A DNA stretch of 64,000 nt from Phycisphaerae bacterium. GTDB lineage: Bacteria > Planctomycetota > Phycisphaerae > UBA1845 > Fen-1342. Each line of letters begins with the position of its first letter. Position 1 is the first letter of the stretch. A program made the position numbers and the translations under genes. Below, in pieces: positions 30,427 through 40,918 of the stretch. The notes under the pieces were generated by a model. The model had not been told where the DNA came from. It ran no database searches and was given only the letters and a program-made list of their open reading frames with translations. The DNA is taken from positions 800,001 to 864,000 of the forward strand of contig CAXXWX010000026.1 in assembly GCA_963675745.2 (NCBI GenBank), read 5' to 3'.

Positions 30427-31977
30427 TCACTCCGGATGATCGGCCGTGGCTGCGTCATCAGCGCCGTGGCGTAGACTGGTTTGCAGCACGCGAGCCGCCC
30501 GCTCGCGCAGCGGCTCGAACCACACCGCCAGATCGATCGGATTGAAAGCGTCCTCGCGGACCAGCGGCAGGTCGGCACCACCCACGCGCAGCGTCAGGAT
30601 CGTCCTGTCGCGCGGGCCGTGCGTACCATGCACGCGCAGCACCTCATCGTGAACTTCGATGCGCAGGCCGAGTTGGGAATACTCTATGCGTTCCGGCAGC
30701 TTGACCCAGCCGGGTAACAAATTGTCGAGGTCCAGTCCGAAGCCCTCGCGCAGCACGGTCTTCAGAAACGCGAACTCGATCCAGCGCGCCTCGCCGTCGG
30801 GCACGTTAACGCGCAGCGTCGCGGCCAGCGACGTCAGGCGGTTGTGCTGGACAGTCAGGTCCTCGATGACGACATCCAGGTCACCGTTCATGCGTCCCCG
30901 GCCGAGCGCCGCGGTAAGCTGCTCTAGTGAATACCCGGTACACTCGCCGGAAGCGACCAGCAGGTCGATGCCCTCGGGCGAGAGGTCGGCCTGCCGGATG
31001 CGGAGTGTCACTGTGCCGCCGCCGCTGGGGTATTGCCACACATCGAGCAGATCATCCGGCGCGATGCCCGCCAGCACGCCGCGAAAACGCAGCCTCACCG
31101 GCCGGTCGTTCTCGACCCGAAACTCGTTGACCTCCAGTTCGGGACAACGCCCCTGCCAGGGCTCATCGAACAAGCCGCCGGTCAACTCGGCGAGCATCAC
31201 GTCGGTGAAGCCGCCGCTGACCACGGTGGTCTGGTCGGTTCCCGATTCGCGGTGGACGAGCGTGCCCTCGAACGTACCCGAGCGAACCTGCGTGTTCAGA
31301 ATCGACTCGAGGCGCATGATTGCCAGCGGCATGGGTGGTACACGCAATTCGAGCATGTCAACCTGCACCCCCTCCGCGCGGGCCGAGAAGGCCGCGTTTA
31401 GAAACACCGGCGTGGGCACCTCGCAGTCGTTGAAAACGCGACAGGCAACGGCGGCGCGGCCGATGCGCTGATTCTCGAAAACCACCCGGCCGCCGGCTTC
31501 GCGCAGGTCAAGGTGAAAATCGCCACGCGACACGTGAAGGCTCATGTTGCTGAAGCGCACCTGGCGCGGCCCGTCGGGTCCAAACCCCGGGCGCAAACCC
31601 TGCTCAAGCACACGCCGATATCCGGGACGCAGCCAGGTCCGCGACGAAATTTCGCAAAACCCGTCGAAAAGGTCTATTTCGTATTCGTCTTCATGGTTAT
31701 CGGGCAGGTAGGCGACCAGAGCCCGCTCGCAGCGGAACGCCTGACCATCGCGGTCCGGCAACCATACGATGACGTCGTCGAATTGCTGCGATCGCCACGA
31801 GCGCGGTACCACGCGGCCAATCTGAGCCGGCAGGCCCAGTGAGTCGCTCAAATGCGCACGGCAGGTCTCCCGATAGCGGTTGCTGCGCCAGTACCAGGCG
31901 TAGCCGCCGGTCCACGACAGCGACGCGAACAGCACCACGATCAGCACCCCCGCCGCAATAATCCGACCCGTTCGCAT
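30427..31977 (-). CDS. Hypothetical membrane-anchored beta-rich protein (possibly AsmA-like)
   Basis: N-terminal TM helix, alternating hydrophobic beta pattern; 3 bp from the downstream kinase. Confidence 0.6.
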   Translation of the reverse strand: MRTGRIIAAGVLIVVLFASLSWTGGYAWYWRSNRYRETCRAHLSDSLGLPAQIGRVVPRSWRSQQFDDVIVWLPDRDGQAFRCERALVAYLPDNHEDEYEIDLFDGFCEISSRTWLRPGYRRVLEQGLRPGFGPDGPRQVRFSNMSLHVSRGDFHLDLREAGGRVVFENQRIGRAAVACRVFNDCEVPTPVFLNAAFSARAEGVQVDMLELRVPPMPLAIMRLESILNTQVRSGTFEGTLVHRESGTDQTTVVSGGFTDVMLAELTGGLFDEPWQGRCPELEVNEFRVENDRPVRLRFRGVLAGIAPDDLLDVWQYPSGGGTVTLRIRQADLSPEGIDLLVASGECTGYSLEQLTAALGRGRMNGDLDVVIEDLTVQHNRLTSLAATLRVNVPDGEARWIEFAFLKTVLREGFGLDLDNLLPGWVKLPERIEYSQLGLRIEVHDEVLRVHGTHGPRDRTILTLRVGGADLPLVREDAFNPIDLAVWFEPLRERAARVLQTSLRHGADDAATADHPE

Positions 31978-32125
31978 AGGCGGGATTCTAACTGTCGGCG
32001 GAAACGCGGTACAGACGGGCCGGGCCGGCGGATTGCGCGCGGCCAATTAACTCGCCCGCGCACTCTGCCGATTTTATGGGAGGAACGAGCGCGTTCATGC
32101 TCGCATTTGCCATCGGAGGCACAGC

Positions 32126-32644
32126 ATGCGTTACATCCTCATCTCGCTGATAGTACTGACCGTGGCCGGCGGTTGTGAGTCACCCGAACCCGAGCAGGCC
32201 GATCCCGTGCCGGAGCCCGTGATCGAAGCGCAAGATGTGCAGGGTACGTTCGAATACATGGTCGACAATGCGCTGCTCGCGGATATGACGATCGCCGACT
32301 ACCACTTCGTGCCACATCGTGCGCTGCTCACACCCCTCGGAGAGCAGCGGCTTCTGCGGCTGGCGACGCTGATCGAGTCATACGGCGGCGTTATCCGCTA
32401 CAACACCGATCTGGACGATGGCGCTCTCTTGGGCGAGCGCACGCGCACGATTATCGACTTCCTGGCCGCCAACGGGGCCGACACCACGGCCGATATCCTC
32501 ACGCGTGAGATGTCGGGCGGCGTCGGCATGGAGGCGCGCGAGGCGATTCTGATCAAGTCAAACGAAGCCACGTACAAGCCGTCGTCCACGTCGGGCGGCA
32601 CGTCCGTGCCACCGGGTGTCGGCGTTTCGAGTGGTACTCCGTAG
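32126..32644 (+). CDS. Hypothetical lipoprotein
   Basis: Lipobox VAGGC; GGAGG RBS. Confidence 0.75.
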   Translation: MRYILISLIVLTVAGGCESPEPEQADPVPEPVIEAQDVQGTFEYMVDNALLADMTIADYHFVPHRALLTPLGEQRLLRLATLIESYGGVIRYNTDLDDGALLGERTRTIIDFLAANGADTTADILTREMSGGVGMEAREAILIKSNEATYKPSSTSGGTSVPPGVGVSSGTP

Positions 32645-32666
32645 ACGCTGCTGTTGGAGCCTTGCC

Positions 32667-33920
32667 ATGCGTTTTGTGTGTATTGGTCTTTGCGCCGTAG
32701 CGGGGATTGTCCTGCTCACACCGCTGGCCTGCCAGCAAGGGCAGAAATCCGCCAGCCCGGGTAATCTACCGTCCCGGCTGGACACCGGGCCGCAGGCGGG
32801 AATCGACGCGGCCACCTACTTTGCCCACGGGCACCTGCTCGAACGGCAGGGCGCGCTCGAGCGCGCCGTCGAGCAGTATGAGCACGCCCTCGAACTGAAG
32901 CCGGACTTCCCCGCGGCGTTGAACCGGCACGGTATCGTGCTGAACAAGCTGGGCCGGCACACCCAGGCCAGCGCGCAGTTTCGAGCGGCAATTGAACTGC
33001 AACCCGATGAGGCCTTCCTGTACAACAACCTTGGGTTCAGCCTGCATCTTGGCGGTGAGTACCAGGAAGCCGAACAGATTCTGGCGCGGGCCCTCGAGAT
33101 ACAGCCGAGCTTTGCGCGGGCACGAATGAATCATGCGATCGTGCTCGCACAGCTTGACCGCTACCCCGAGGCCTTTGAGGAGTTCCGCAAGGTCGGTAGT
33201 GAGGCTGACGCACACTACAACATCGCAGTGATCCAGACCGAGGCCCGACGGTACGTTGACGCAACAGAATCGCTCGATCGGGCACTCAAATTGAATCAAT
33301 TGAATCCGCAAATGGAAGCCGCGCGCCAGCAGATGCGCGTGATCGCGCGGCTGGCAGCACAACAGGAATCTGCACACAGCCCGGCGGCCCCCCAAAACAC
33401 TGCCGGTGCGGCACCGCCCCCGGCGGGCGATCCGCCGCGGTTGGCCGAGCCGGCGGAGCCGGCGGGAACAGCCAGCCTGACCACCTGGGAGCTGCCGCCC
33501 GAGCACACGAGCGCGCCTGCGTACGTTCCGCCCCCGCTGACACCAGCCGAACCGCCGGAATCGGTGCTGGCGGAGCAGGGCGACTCCGCGACCAAGGTGA
33601 ATACGCCGACGCCGGCGCCCGTCGACAAAGCGACTCCAACGCGTACCAAGGATGTCGAGCAGAAAGAGCCGGTGGCCAACCCGTCATCATCGGAGTTTCT
33701 GCAATTGCGCGACGAAATCTATCGCCGTGTTGAAGCCGGACGCGAGCGGGCCGCTCGCGAACGCGCGGAGCAGACGGCGGCGGATATCGCCCAGGCAGCC
33801 TGGTCGGCGCCTGCCGATGGGCAAGGCGATCCGCGCCGTACGCTGGTCGATGTCGCTCTGGCAAGCAACCGCGAGTGGCGCGAACTCTGGCGCGAGGTGG
33901 CGGCCAGCAGGCGTCACTGA
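32667..33920 (+). CDS. TPR-repeat lipoprotein
   Basis: Lipobox PLAC; tandem TPRs (YNNLG, ARMNHA, AHYNIA); Pro-rich tail. Confidence 0.85.
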   Translation: MRFVCIGLCAVAGIVLLTPLACQQGQKSASPGNLPSRLDTGPQAGIDAATYFAHGHLLERQGALERAVEQYEHALELKPDFPAALNRHGIVLNKLGRHTQASAQFRAAIELQPDEAFLYNNLGFSLHLGGEYQEAEQILARALEIQPSFARARMNHAIVLAQLDRYPEAFEEFRKVGSEADAHYNIAVIQTEARRYVDATESLDRALKLNQLNPQMEAARQQMRVIARLAAQQESAHSPAAPQNTAGAAPPPAGDPPRLAEPAEPAGTASLTTWELPPEHTSAPAYVPPPLTPAEPPESVLAEQGDSATKVNTPTPAPVDKATPTRTKDVEQKEPVANPSSSEFLQLRDEIYRRVEAGRERAARERAEQTAADIAQAAWSAPADGQGDPRRTLVDVALASNREWRELWREVAASRRH

Positions 33921-34009
33921 CGACGACAGAACGTCCTCAACCGGGACGTGGTAAGCAGCGGCAGCCGCCGGGCGTGAGGTGATTCTCACGTCCGGCGGCT
34001 GCGCGCGCT

Positions 34010-35134
34010 TCAGCACAAGGCGGCGACGCGCTGGTGGAGCCGTTGGTACAGATCGTTGTAGTAAGTCACCAGCTCGTCCCACGCCGCGAGGTTGTCCGCA
34101 CCATGCTCACGCGTGGGATCCGGCACGGCAACACCCACGACCCGGTCAAGTGCCGCCAACAGCGCTTGGGCGGTGGCTTTCGGATCATTGGGCGGCACCA
34201 ACCGGGCGCCACGGTCGCGCAGCAATTCATCAATCGGCGCCATGCGGCTCGCCACTATCTGCCGACCGGCCACCAGCGCCCACGCCAGCCCCACGGGCGA
34301 TATCGGCCGCGTCGGAACGTGCAAGACAATATCCGCGGCTGACATCAACTCGGCGGGTGAATACTCCGTGCCGGTCAAACGCACGATGTGACTGTGCCGG
34401 GATGCGTGCGCCAGCCTGATCAACCGCTGCACCTCGCGTCCTTCGTCCGGTATCAGTAGTCGCAGATCCCGATCCACTTGCGCCGCCAGCAACGCCGCCC
34501 ATGTTGCCACGAACGCGCCAGTCTCGCGTCTCACGGGCGGCAACAGCGTCAGGATCGGTGAATCCACGTCACATGCCAGGCGTTTGCGCAGCGCGGAACG
34601 GTCGACCGTGTCGAGAAGCGCGCGATCGGCGCGGATGGGGACAAGTTCGACGCGCGCCGGCGCCGCGCCGGCACGTAGCAGGCGCTGCCGCACAAAACGC
34701 GTCCGGGCAAGGTAAACCGCACGTCCCTGATCGGCCGGCCACCAATGCGGCGGCACGATGGCCTTGGGCTCTGACTCCTCGTCAACCTCGGCCAGCATGC
34801 CGTCACAACCGGCGCCGAGTAGTTCGATCCCGCATTTAATCGCGCGGGGTGACCAGGCGTGGACGATGACAGAGTCGGCCGATCTTGCATCGAGCAATCG
34901 GCCGATCGCGCGGCGCACGCTGCGCCGATCGCGTAAACCGCCGACAGACGAAGGGACAGTGCGTCGCGCGAGCGTGCGTAAACTCGCGAACCGGCTGCTC
35001 CCAAGCTGGAGGATTACGGCGCGATGAGCGGCATCGCTCTCACGCACCAGGGTTTCGATGAGTGGCACAGACAGAGGCGACAGATCGGCGGCCACGAGAT
35101 GCACAACGAGATGTTGATGCACAGGTGCTGTCAT
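34010..35134 (-). CDS. GT4-fold glycosyltransferase-like protein, degenerate
   Basis: GT-B C-terminal pattern MSAADIV....A...G..IVAS, LVPPND..A.A.A. Confidence 0.7.
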   Translation of the reverse strand: MTAPVHQHLVVHLVAADLSPLSVPLIETLVRESDAAHRAVILQLGSSRFASLRTLARRTVPSSVGGLRDRRSVRRAIGRLLDARSADSVIVHAWSPRAIKCGIELLGAGCDGMLAEVDEESEPKAIVPPHWWPADQGRAVYLARTRFVRQRLLRAGAAPARVELVPIRADRALLDTVDRSALRKRLACDVDSPILTLLPPVRRETGAFVATWAALLAAQVDRDLRLLIPDEGREVQRLIRLAHASRHSHIVRLTGTEYSPAELMSAADIVLHVPTRPISPVGLAWALVAGRQIVASRMAPIDELLRDRGARLVPPNDPKATAQALLAALDRVVGVAVPDPTREHGADNLAAWDELVTYYNDLYQRLHQRVAALC

Positions 35135-35233
35135 ATCACCGACATTCTCGGGGTTTGCCGAAGGATTGTCGAATGCGGCGGCGACGGCTATGATCCGTGA
35201 TCTGGGGGGTACGCCGCATTAGTCGAGAGTTGC

Positions 35234-36523
35234 ATGCTACGAAAATTCCTGATCTCCGTCAGCCTCATCATCGCCATTCTGGCAATTGGTGTTGGTGCCG
35301 CGACGCTGCTGGTTTTCACGAAATCCGCCCCCCAGAAACGTGATTCCGAGCGGCCGCCGATGCTGGTCCGCTGCCAGCGACTTACGCCGCACACCGCCAG
35401 AGAGACACTGGTGGGTTACGGAACGGCCCGTGCGGACCGCCTTGCGCAGGTATCGGCGGAGGTCAGCGGTCTGGTCGAGTACGTGAGCGACAATCTCAAG
35501 CCCGGCAGCAGCGTGGCGCAGGGCGAGGTTCTGATTCGGCTTGACGACCGCGAATACAAGGCGCGCCTGGACCGGGCGCGCCACCAGGTCGCCGCGGAAG
35601 AAGCCGCCCTGGCCAACATCGCGATCGAGGTCACCAATGTCACGGAGCTCGAGCGGATAGCGCTGGTGGAGCTGGAGATTGCCAACCGCGAACAGGTGCG
35701 CGTACAGAAGCTGTTTGAACAGGGCCTGGCGGGTCGGCGTGAGCTCGACACGGCCGAGGGCGATGTGGAAGCCAGACGGCGGGTGTTGCAGAACCTGCGC
35801 AAGGAACATGAATACTTGCCAAACACGCGCCGGCAGCGTGAGGCCGCTGTGCAACTGAGACGGGCCGACGTTGAAATAGCCGCGCTCAATCTGGCCCGCT
35901 GCGTTATCGCCGCGCCCTTCGCCGGGCGCATCGAACAGGTTCGCGTCGAACTCGGCGAGCGCATCGCCGCCGGCACCTGGCAGTTCTCGCTGCTGGACCC
36001 GGCCCTGATCGAGATTCCGGTGGAAATCCCGATGTCATGGTACCCGCGTTTGGCGGTCGGGGCGGTTTGCCGTATAGCGACGGAGGCGGACGGGGGTGTG
36101 GTCTGGTCGGGAAAGGTCGCCCGCATCGCGCCCAGTGGAAACAGCGACATGCGCACAATCTCGGCGTACGTCGAGGTCGACAACCGCACCCAGCCGATCC
36201 CGCTCAAACCCGGGCTATTCGTACGAGCGGAGATCGACGGCAGCGTCTTTGAGAACGCGCTGACGGTCCCGCGCGGTGCGGTGCAGGACGGCGCGGTGTT
36301 CGTCTATGAAGGCGGCGTTGCCCACCGACGTGAAGTGCGGGTTACGCGCCAGATACTTGCAGAGAGCCTGGTGAGCGGGTTGGAGCCGGGCGTGATTGTG
36401 ATCACAAGTAACCTCGACGCGCTGGCGGATGGCGCACCGGTCCGTATCGACCTTACCAACGATGACTATGGTCCCGCCATCCAAGCGGACGCGCAAGATT
36501 CCGAGCAGCCCCGGACGCCATGA
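35234..36523 (+). CDS. RND efflux periplasmic adaptor subunit
   Basis: VSAEVSG, G..V..G.VL..LD, I.APF.G.I, L.PG.FV. Confidence 0.92.
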   Translation: MLRKFLISVSLIIAILAIGVGAATLLVFTKSAPQKRDSERPPMLVRCQRLTPHTARETLVGYGTARADRLAQVSAEVSGLVEYVSDNLKPGSSVAQGEVLIRLDDREYKARLDRARHQVAAEEAALANIAIEVTNVTELERIALVELEIANREQVRVQKLFEQGLAGRRELDTAEGDVEARRRVLQNLRKEHEYLPNTRRQREAAVQLRRADVEIAALNLARCVIAAPFAGRIEQVRVELGERIAAGTWQFSLLDPALIEIPVEIPMSWYPRLAVGAVCRIATEADGGVVWSGKVARIAPSGNSDMRTISAYVEVDNRTQPIPLKPGLFVRAEIDGSVFENALTVPRGAVQDGAVFVYEGGVAHRREVRVTRQILAESLVSGLEPGVIVITSNLDALADGAPVRIDLTNDDYGPAIQADAQDSEQPRTP

Positions 36524-39500
36524 CCTCACTCCCGAGATTCAGCGTTAACAACCCGATCCTGGTGGGCGTCACGATGGCGGCCATTTTGATAGGCGGGGTC
36601 CACGGCGCATTCACGCTGGTGCGTGAGATGTTTCCCGAATTCCGCCCCAACCTGGTGGGCGTATCGACGCTTTATCCCGGCGCCAGTCCGGAAGAAATCG
36701 AGAAAGGGTTGGCTCTGCGTCTCGAGGAGGCAATCAAAGAGGTCGACCACATCGAGAAGATACAGACGACGATCAATGAAGGCAATTGCATGATCGCCGT
36801 GGAGATGACCGACGACGTCGATGATATCGACCAGGCCGTGACGGACGTCAAGGCCGCCATCGACGCAATCCCACGTGACCAGTTCCCGGACGAAGCCGAA
36901 GAGACGCGCGTCGCCAAGGTAGAGCCGGTCCTGCCGGTCATCTCCGTGATCGTCTTCGGCGAGGCCGGCGAGCACGCGTTAAAGGAGTATGGTCAGGATC
37001 TGCGCGACGAGTTGCTGGCCTTGCCCGGAATCACGGAGGTGACACTCAGCGGGTACCGCAAGGCGGAGCTGACGGTCGAGATTCAGCCGGAGAAGCTCAT
37101 CGAGTATGAGCTGTCGCTGTCGGCGATCGCTGACGCCATCCGGCAGAGCAACATCGATTTGCCGGGAGGACAGGTCAAGACGTCCGATCAGAACATCTCG
37201 GTGCGCACACTGGGTGAGACTGACCAGGCCGGCGCTATCGCCGAGACGATCGTGCGCACGCGACCGGGCGGCGATGTGGTGCGCGTACGCGATCTGGGAC
37301 GTGTGATTGACGGGTTCGAGGATTCGGATGTTGCCGGACGTTTCAACGGTCTACCGGCCGTCGATCTTACGATTCAGAAGACGGGTGACCAGGATGCGAT
37401 CGACATCGCCACCAAGATCAAGGCGTTTGTCGCGGGCAAAATGGGCCACGAGATGGAGTGGGACTGGGGCACGCGGCTGCGCAACGCGCTGAATGTGAAA
37501 ACGCCAGCGCAGCGAATCTATGACCGGGCGCGCAATGCCCCCCTGCCGCCCGGTGTGCGTATCGCCACGCACAGCAATCTGGCCAAGTTCATCGAGGGGC
37601 GGCTGGAACTGCTGCAACGCAACGGCGCGTGCGGCCTGGTGCTGGTCTTTGGTTCGCTGCTGTTGTTTCTTAACTGGCGCGTGGCCATCTGGGTGCTGAT
37701 GGGCCTGATTCTCTCCGTGGCGGGCGCCATAATGCTGATGGGGCTTGTCGGCGCGACGCTGAATCTGATCAGCATGTTCGGCCTGATCGTCGTGCTGGGC
37801 ATCATCGTCGATGACGCCATCGTCGTGGGCGAGAACATATTCTCCCGGTTCGAGCGTGGCGATGATCCGCATGAGGCCGCCGTTGCCGGGGCCGAACAAG
37901 TCTCCTGGCCGGTGACGATCGCGGTTTTGACGACGATTGCGGCGTTTGTGCCGCTGATGTTCATCGAAGGTCTGATCGGCGATTTCATGGGCATCTTGCC
38001 GGTTGTGGTGATGTGCGCGCTGTCAGTTTCGCTGATCGAGGCGCTGGCGATCCTCCCGTCGCACCTGGCCGAGTCATTGAAAAAGGTGAAGCGGCACCCG
38101 ATCGGGTCACCAGCCGTGCAAGATATGCCGGCCGGTGTGCTGGGGCGCCTCAGGGCGCGCGTGCGCACTGCCCTGACGATCACGCTTCCCAATGTGTATG
38201 GCAGGCTGCTGATAAGGGCGACGGCATACCGCTATGTGACTGTCGCCGTGGCGGCGGCAGCACTGATCGTCTCGGTTGGCATGGTGGCGGGCGAGCGTGT
38301 GCCGTTTGTTTACCTCCAGAAGATGGAATCTGAGACTCTGATGGTGAATCTGGAGATGCCGGTCGGCACGCCGGCGGAACTCACCAGTGTGGCGCTCGAG
38401 GAGGTCGAACAGGCGGTGCTGCAATTGCAGGCCGGCGAGTTGCTCAGCGTATACACGATAGTCGGCGGACAACTGACATTTGAGGGCGGCGGCGGTGCGA
38501 TCGCTTTGCGCTCACACCTTGGGCAGTGCATCGTCGAACTGACCGACATCGAAGATCGCGAGCGCACCAGCGAGGACATTATCGCCGAGCTGCGCGAAAG
38601 AACCCGCGACGTCGCCGGGGCCAATTCACTGCGTTTTGAACCCATGCAGGGCGGGCCGGGCGGCGCGGCGATCGAAATCGAGATCAGCGGGCAAGCGCTC
38701 GAAGGCATTCTCGCCTGTACCAACGCCCTCAAGGCCGGACTGGCCGGATATGACGGCGTGTTCGATGTCGATGACAACCACGACGCCGGTCGCCGCGAGG
38801 TGCGTATCGAACTGCTGGATAGCGCGCGTCCGCTCAACGTGACGACGCGTGCCCTGGCCACAGAGGTGCGCGGCGCCTTCTATGGACTCGAGGCACGCAC
38901 GATTCAACGCCGCCACGAGGACGTCGATATCCGCGTGCGTTTCCCGGCCGAGCGGCGGCGGCATCTGTATGAACTGGAGTCGATGCGCATCGCGACGCCC
39001 GCGGGCAACATGATTCCCCTGGGAGAGATTGCACGCATCGTGGATACGCGCGGATACTCCGCGATTCGTCGCATCGACCAGCGTCGCGCGGTTACTATCA
39101 CGGCCGACGTGGATCAGACGCGCAACAACGCCGAGAAGATCATCGCCGAGTTGGGACCGCTGGTGGCTGAGCTGGAGCGCGCACACCCGGGCGTGCGCGT
39201 CGAGTTCGCCGGTAACAAGCGCGAGACAACCAAGTCACTCGGCTCGTTGCGGCGCGACTTTCTGATCGCGCTGTTGATCATCTACGTGATGCTCTGCGGC
39301 CTGTTCAAGAGCTACACGCAGCCGGTGATCGTGATGACGGCGGTGCCGTTTGGCCTGACGGGTGCCATCATGGGGCACTACATCATGGGCTATCCGATGA
39401 CGATCTTGTCGATGATCGGGATTGTCGCGCTAACGGGGATCGTAGTGAACGATTCGCTGATTCTGGTGGATTTCATCAACCACGAGATCAAGTCGGGGCG

Positions 39501-39780
39501 GGAGGTGCGCGAGGCGGTGATCGCCGGCGGGCGCCGCCGGCTGCGCCCCATCCTGCTCACGTCGCTAACCACCATCCTGGGCCTGGCGCCCCTGATGGCC
39601 GAGCAGTCGTTCCAGGCCAGGTTCCTGATCCCGATGGCCATATCGATCAGCTTTGGCTTGGCGTTTGCAACGCTGCTCACGCTGGTGGTGGTGCCATCGA
39701 TTTACCTGATCTACCAGGACTTCAAGGGGATCATCGCGCGAATCTGGGCTAAACCCGAGTTGCTGGCGTTGCCGGAATAG
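36520..39780 (+). CDS. RND efflux transporter permease (AcrB family)
   Basis: YPGASPEEIE, LGIIVDDAIVVGEN, GIVVNDS, RLRPILLTSLTT. Confidence 0.96.
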   Translation: MTSLPRFSVNNPILVGVTMAAILIGGVHGAFTLVREMFPEFRPNLVGVSTLYPGASPEEIEKGLALRLEEAIKEVDHIEKIQTTINEGNCMIAVEMTDDVDDIDQAVTDVKAAIDAIPRDQFPDEAEETRVAKVEPVLPVISVIVFGEAGEHALKEYGQDLRDELLALPGITEVTLSGYRKAELTVEIQPEKLIEYELSLSAIADAIRQSNIDLPGGQVKTSDQNISVRTLGETDQAGAIAETIVRTRPGGDVVRVRDLGRVIDGFEDSDVAGRFNGLPAVDLTIQKTGDQDAIDIATKIKAFVAGKMGHEMEWDWGTRLRNALNVKTPAQRIYDRARNAPLPPGVRIATHSNLAKFIEGRLELLQRNGACGLVLVFGSLLLFLNWRVAIWVLMGLILSVAGAIMLMGLVGATLNLISMFGLIVVLGIIVDDAIVVGENIFSRFERGDDPHEAAVAGAEQVSWPVTIAVLTTIAAFVPLMFIEGLIGDFMGILPVVVMCALSVSLIEALAILPSHLAESLKKVKRHPIGSPAVQDMPAGVLGRLRARVRTALTITLPNVYGRLLIRATAYRYVTVAVAAAALIVSVGMVAGERVPFVYLQKMESETLMVNLEMPVGTPAELTSVALEEVEQAVLQLQAGELLSVYTIVGGQLTFEGGGGAIALRSHLGQCIVELTDIEDRERTSEDIIAELRERTRDVAGANSLRFEPMQGGPGGAAIEIEISGQALEGILACTNALKAGLAGYDGVFDVDDNHDAGRREVRIELLDSARPLNVTTRALATEVRGAFYGLEARTIQRRHEDVDIRVRFPAERRRHLYELESMRIATPAGNMIPLGEIARIVDTRGYSAIRRIDQRRAVTITADVDQTRNNAEKIIAELGPLVAELERAHPGVRVEFAGNKRETTKSLGSLRRDFLIALLIIYVMLCGLFKSYTQPVIVMTAVPFGLTGAIMGHYIMGYPMTILSMIGIVALTGIVVNDSLILVDFINHEIKSGREVREAVIAGGRRRLRPILLTSLTTILGLAPLMAEQSFQARFLIPMAISISFGLAFATLLTLVVVPSIYLIYQDFKGIIARIWAKPELLALPE

Positions 39781-39805
39781 TCTGCCGGCTCCGCGGCGGC
39801 CGCGC

Positions 39806-40918
39806 TCAATCCTGGCGCTTGATCGGCAACACGACTTCAAACCGCGCGCCGGCCCCTGGTAGATTGCCGGCCGAAATATACCCACCCAGCTCTGATACAA
39901 AGCCATGAACGACGGCCAGCCCCATGCCCGCATTGCGCGACGGGCCGGATGCCAGCACACCCTTGGTCGTGAAAAACGGTTCGAAAAGATGTTCGATCAC
40001 ACCCGGCTCAATGCCCGGGCCGGTGTCGGTAATCGAGAGGGAAACGTGCGTGGCATCGCGATGCGCGATCGTGACGGTGAGCGTACCGCCGTTGGGCATA
40101 ACCTCGATCGCGTTCTGCACGAGATTGCTGATCACGACAATAATCTGTTCGCGCGGTACGGGACAGATCGGCACGCGATGCCAGTCCAGGCGCAGTTTGA
40201 TGTGCTTCTGACGCAGCCGTTCCTCGTTTTCGTCGAAGAAGTAGAGCACGGCTTCGGTCAGGTCGGAGTAGGCGCGCGCGCGATGATCGGCTTGCGCGAA
40301 CACGAGCAACTGCCCCGTGATCTCGGCGGCGCGGGTTACCGCGTCCGCGGTGCGCTGGAGGGCGCGCCGCATCGCCGTGGTGGTGTTCATGTTGCTTGCG
40401 TATTCGAGGCTGGTAACGATGCCACACAGCAGGTTGTTGTAGTGATGCGCCACGGCACCGGCCAACGATCCCAGGACGCTGAGGCGTTGGCGTTTCTCGA
40501 CCGCGTGCTTGAGACGCACGCGTTGGGTTATGTCACGAAACCAAAGTGCGACGCCGTGCATACTGCCATCCGGCTGCAAGACGGGAGTCCACCAGGTGGC
40601 ATAGACGATCGGATCGGCCTCGGTGCCGCCTATTTCCAGGCGAAAATCGACGGGCTCGCGCGTTTTGACGCATGTTTTCAAATGCGTCATGACCGCAAGT
40701 CGATCGCGAACTGGAAAGAGACCCTCGACCTGCTGCCCTTCACACCCCGCAACCAGATTCTCAAACAGGTTTTCGGCGGCCGCGTTCCACCCGATGATCC
40801 GACCATCGGCCTTACACGCCACAATCGCCAGACGCGATCCGCGAAACAGACCCTCGAAGTAGTTGGCATCCAGACTGGTCGGCACGGATAGACTCTCAGT
40901 CGTCAGGGCCGGCGTCAC
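39806..40918 (-). CDS. PAS-domain cytoplasmic histidine kinase
   Basis: WNAAAE.LF PAS; AHHYNN, NLVQNA, FEPFFTTK, GMGL. Confidence 0.88.
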   Translation of the reverse strand: MTPALTTESLSVPTSLDANYFEGLFRGSRLAIVACKADGRIIGWNAAAENLFENLVAGCEGQQVEGLFPVRDRLAVMTHLKTCVKTREPVDFRLEIGGTEADPIVYATWWTPVLQPDGSMHGVALWFRDITQRVRLKHAVEKRQRLSVLGSLAGAVAHHYNNLLCGIVTSLEYASNMNTTTAMRRALQRTADAVTRAAEITGQLLVFAQADHRARAYSDLTEAVLYFFDENEERLRQKHIKLRLDWHRVPICPVPREQIIVVISNLVQNAIEVMPNGGTLTVTIAHRDATHVSLSITDTGPGIEPGVIEHLFEPFFTTKGVLASGPSRNAGMGLAVVHGFVSELGGYISAGNLPGAGARFEVVLPIKRQD

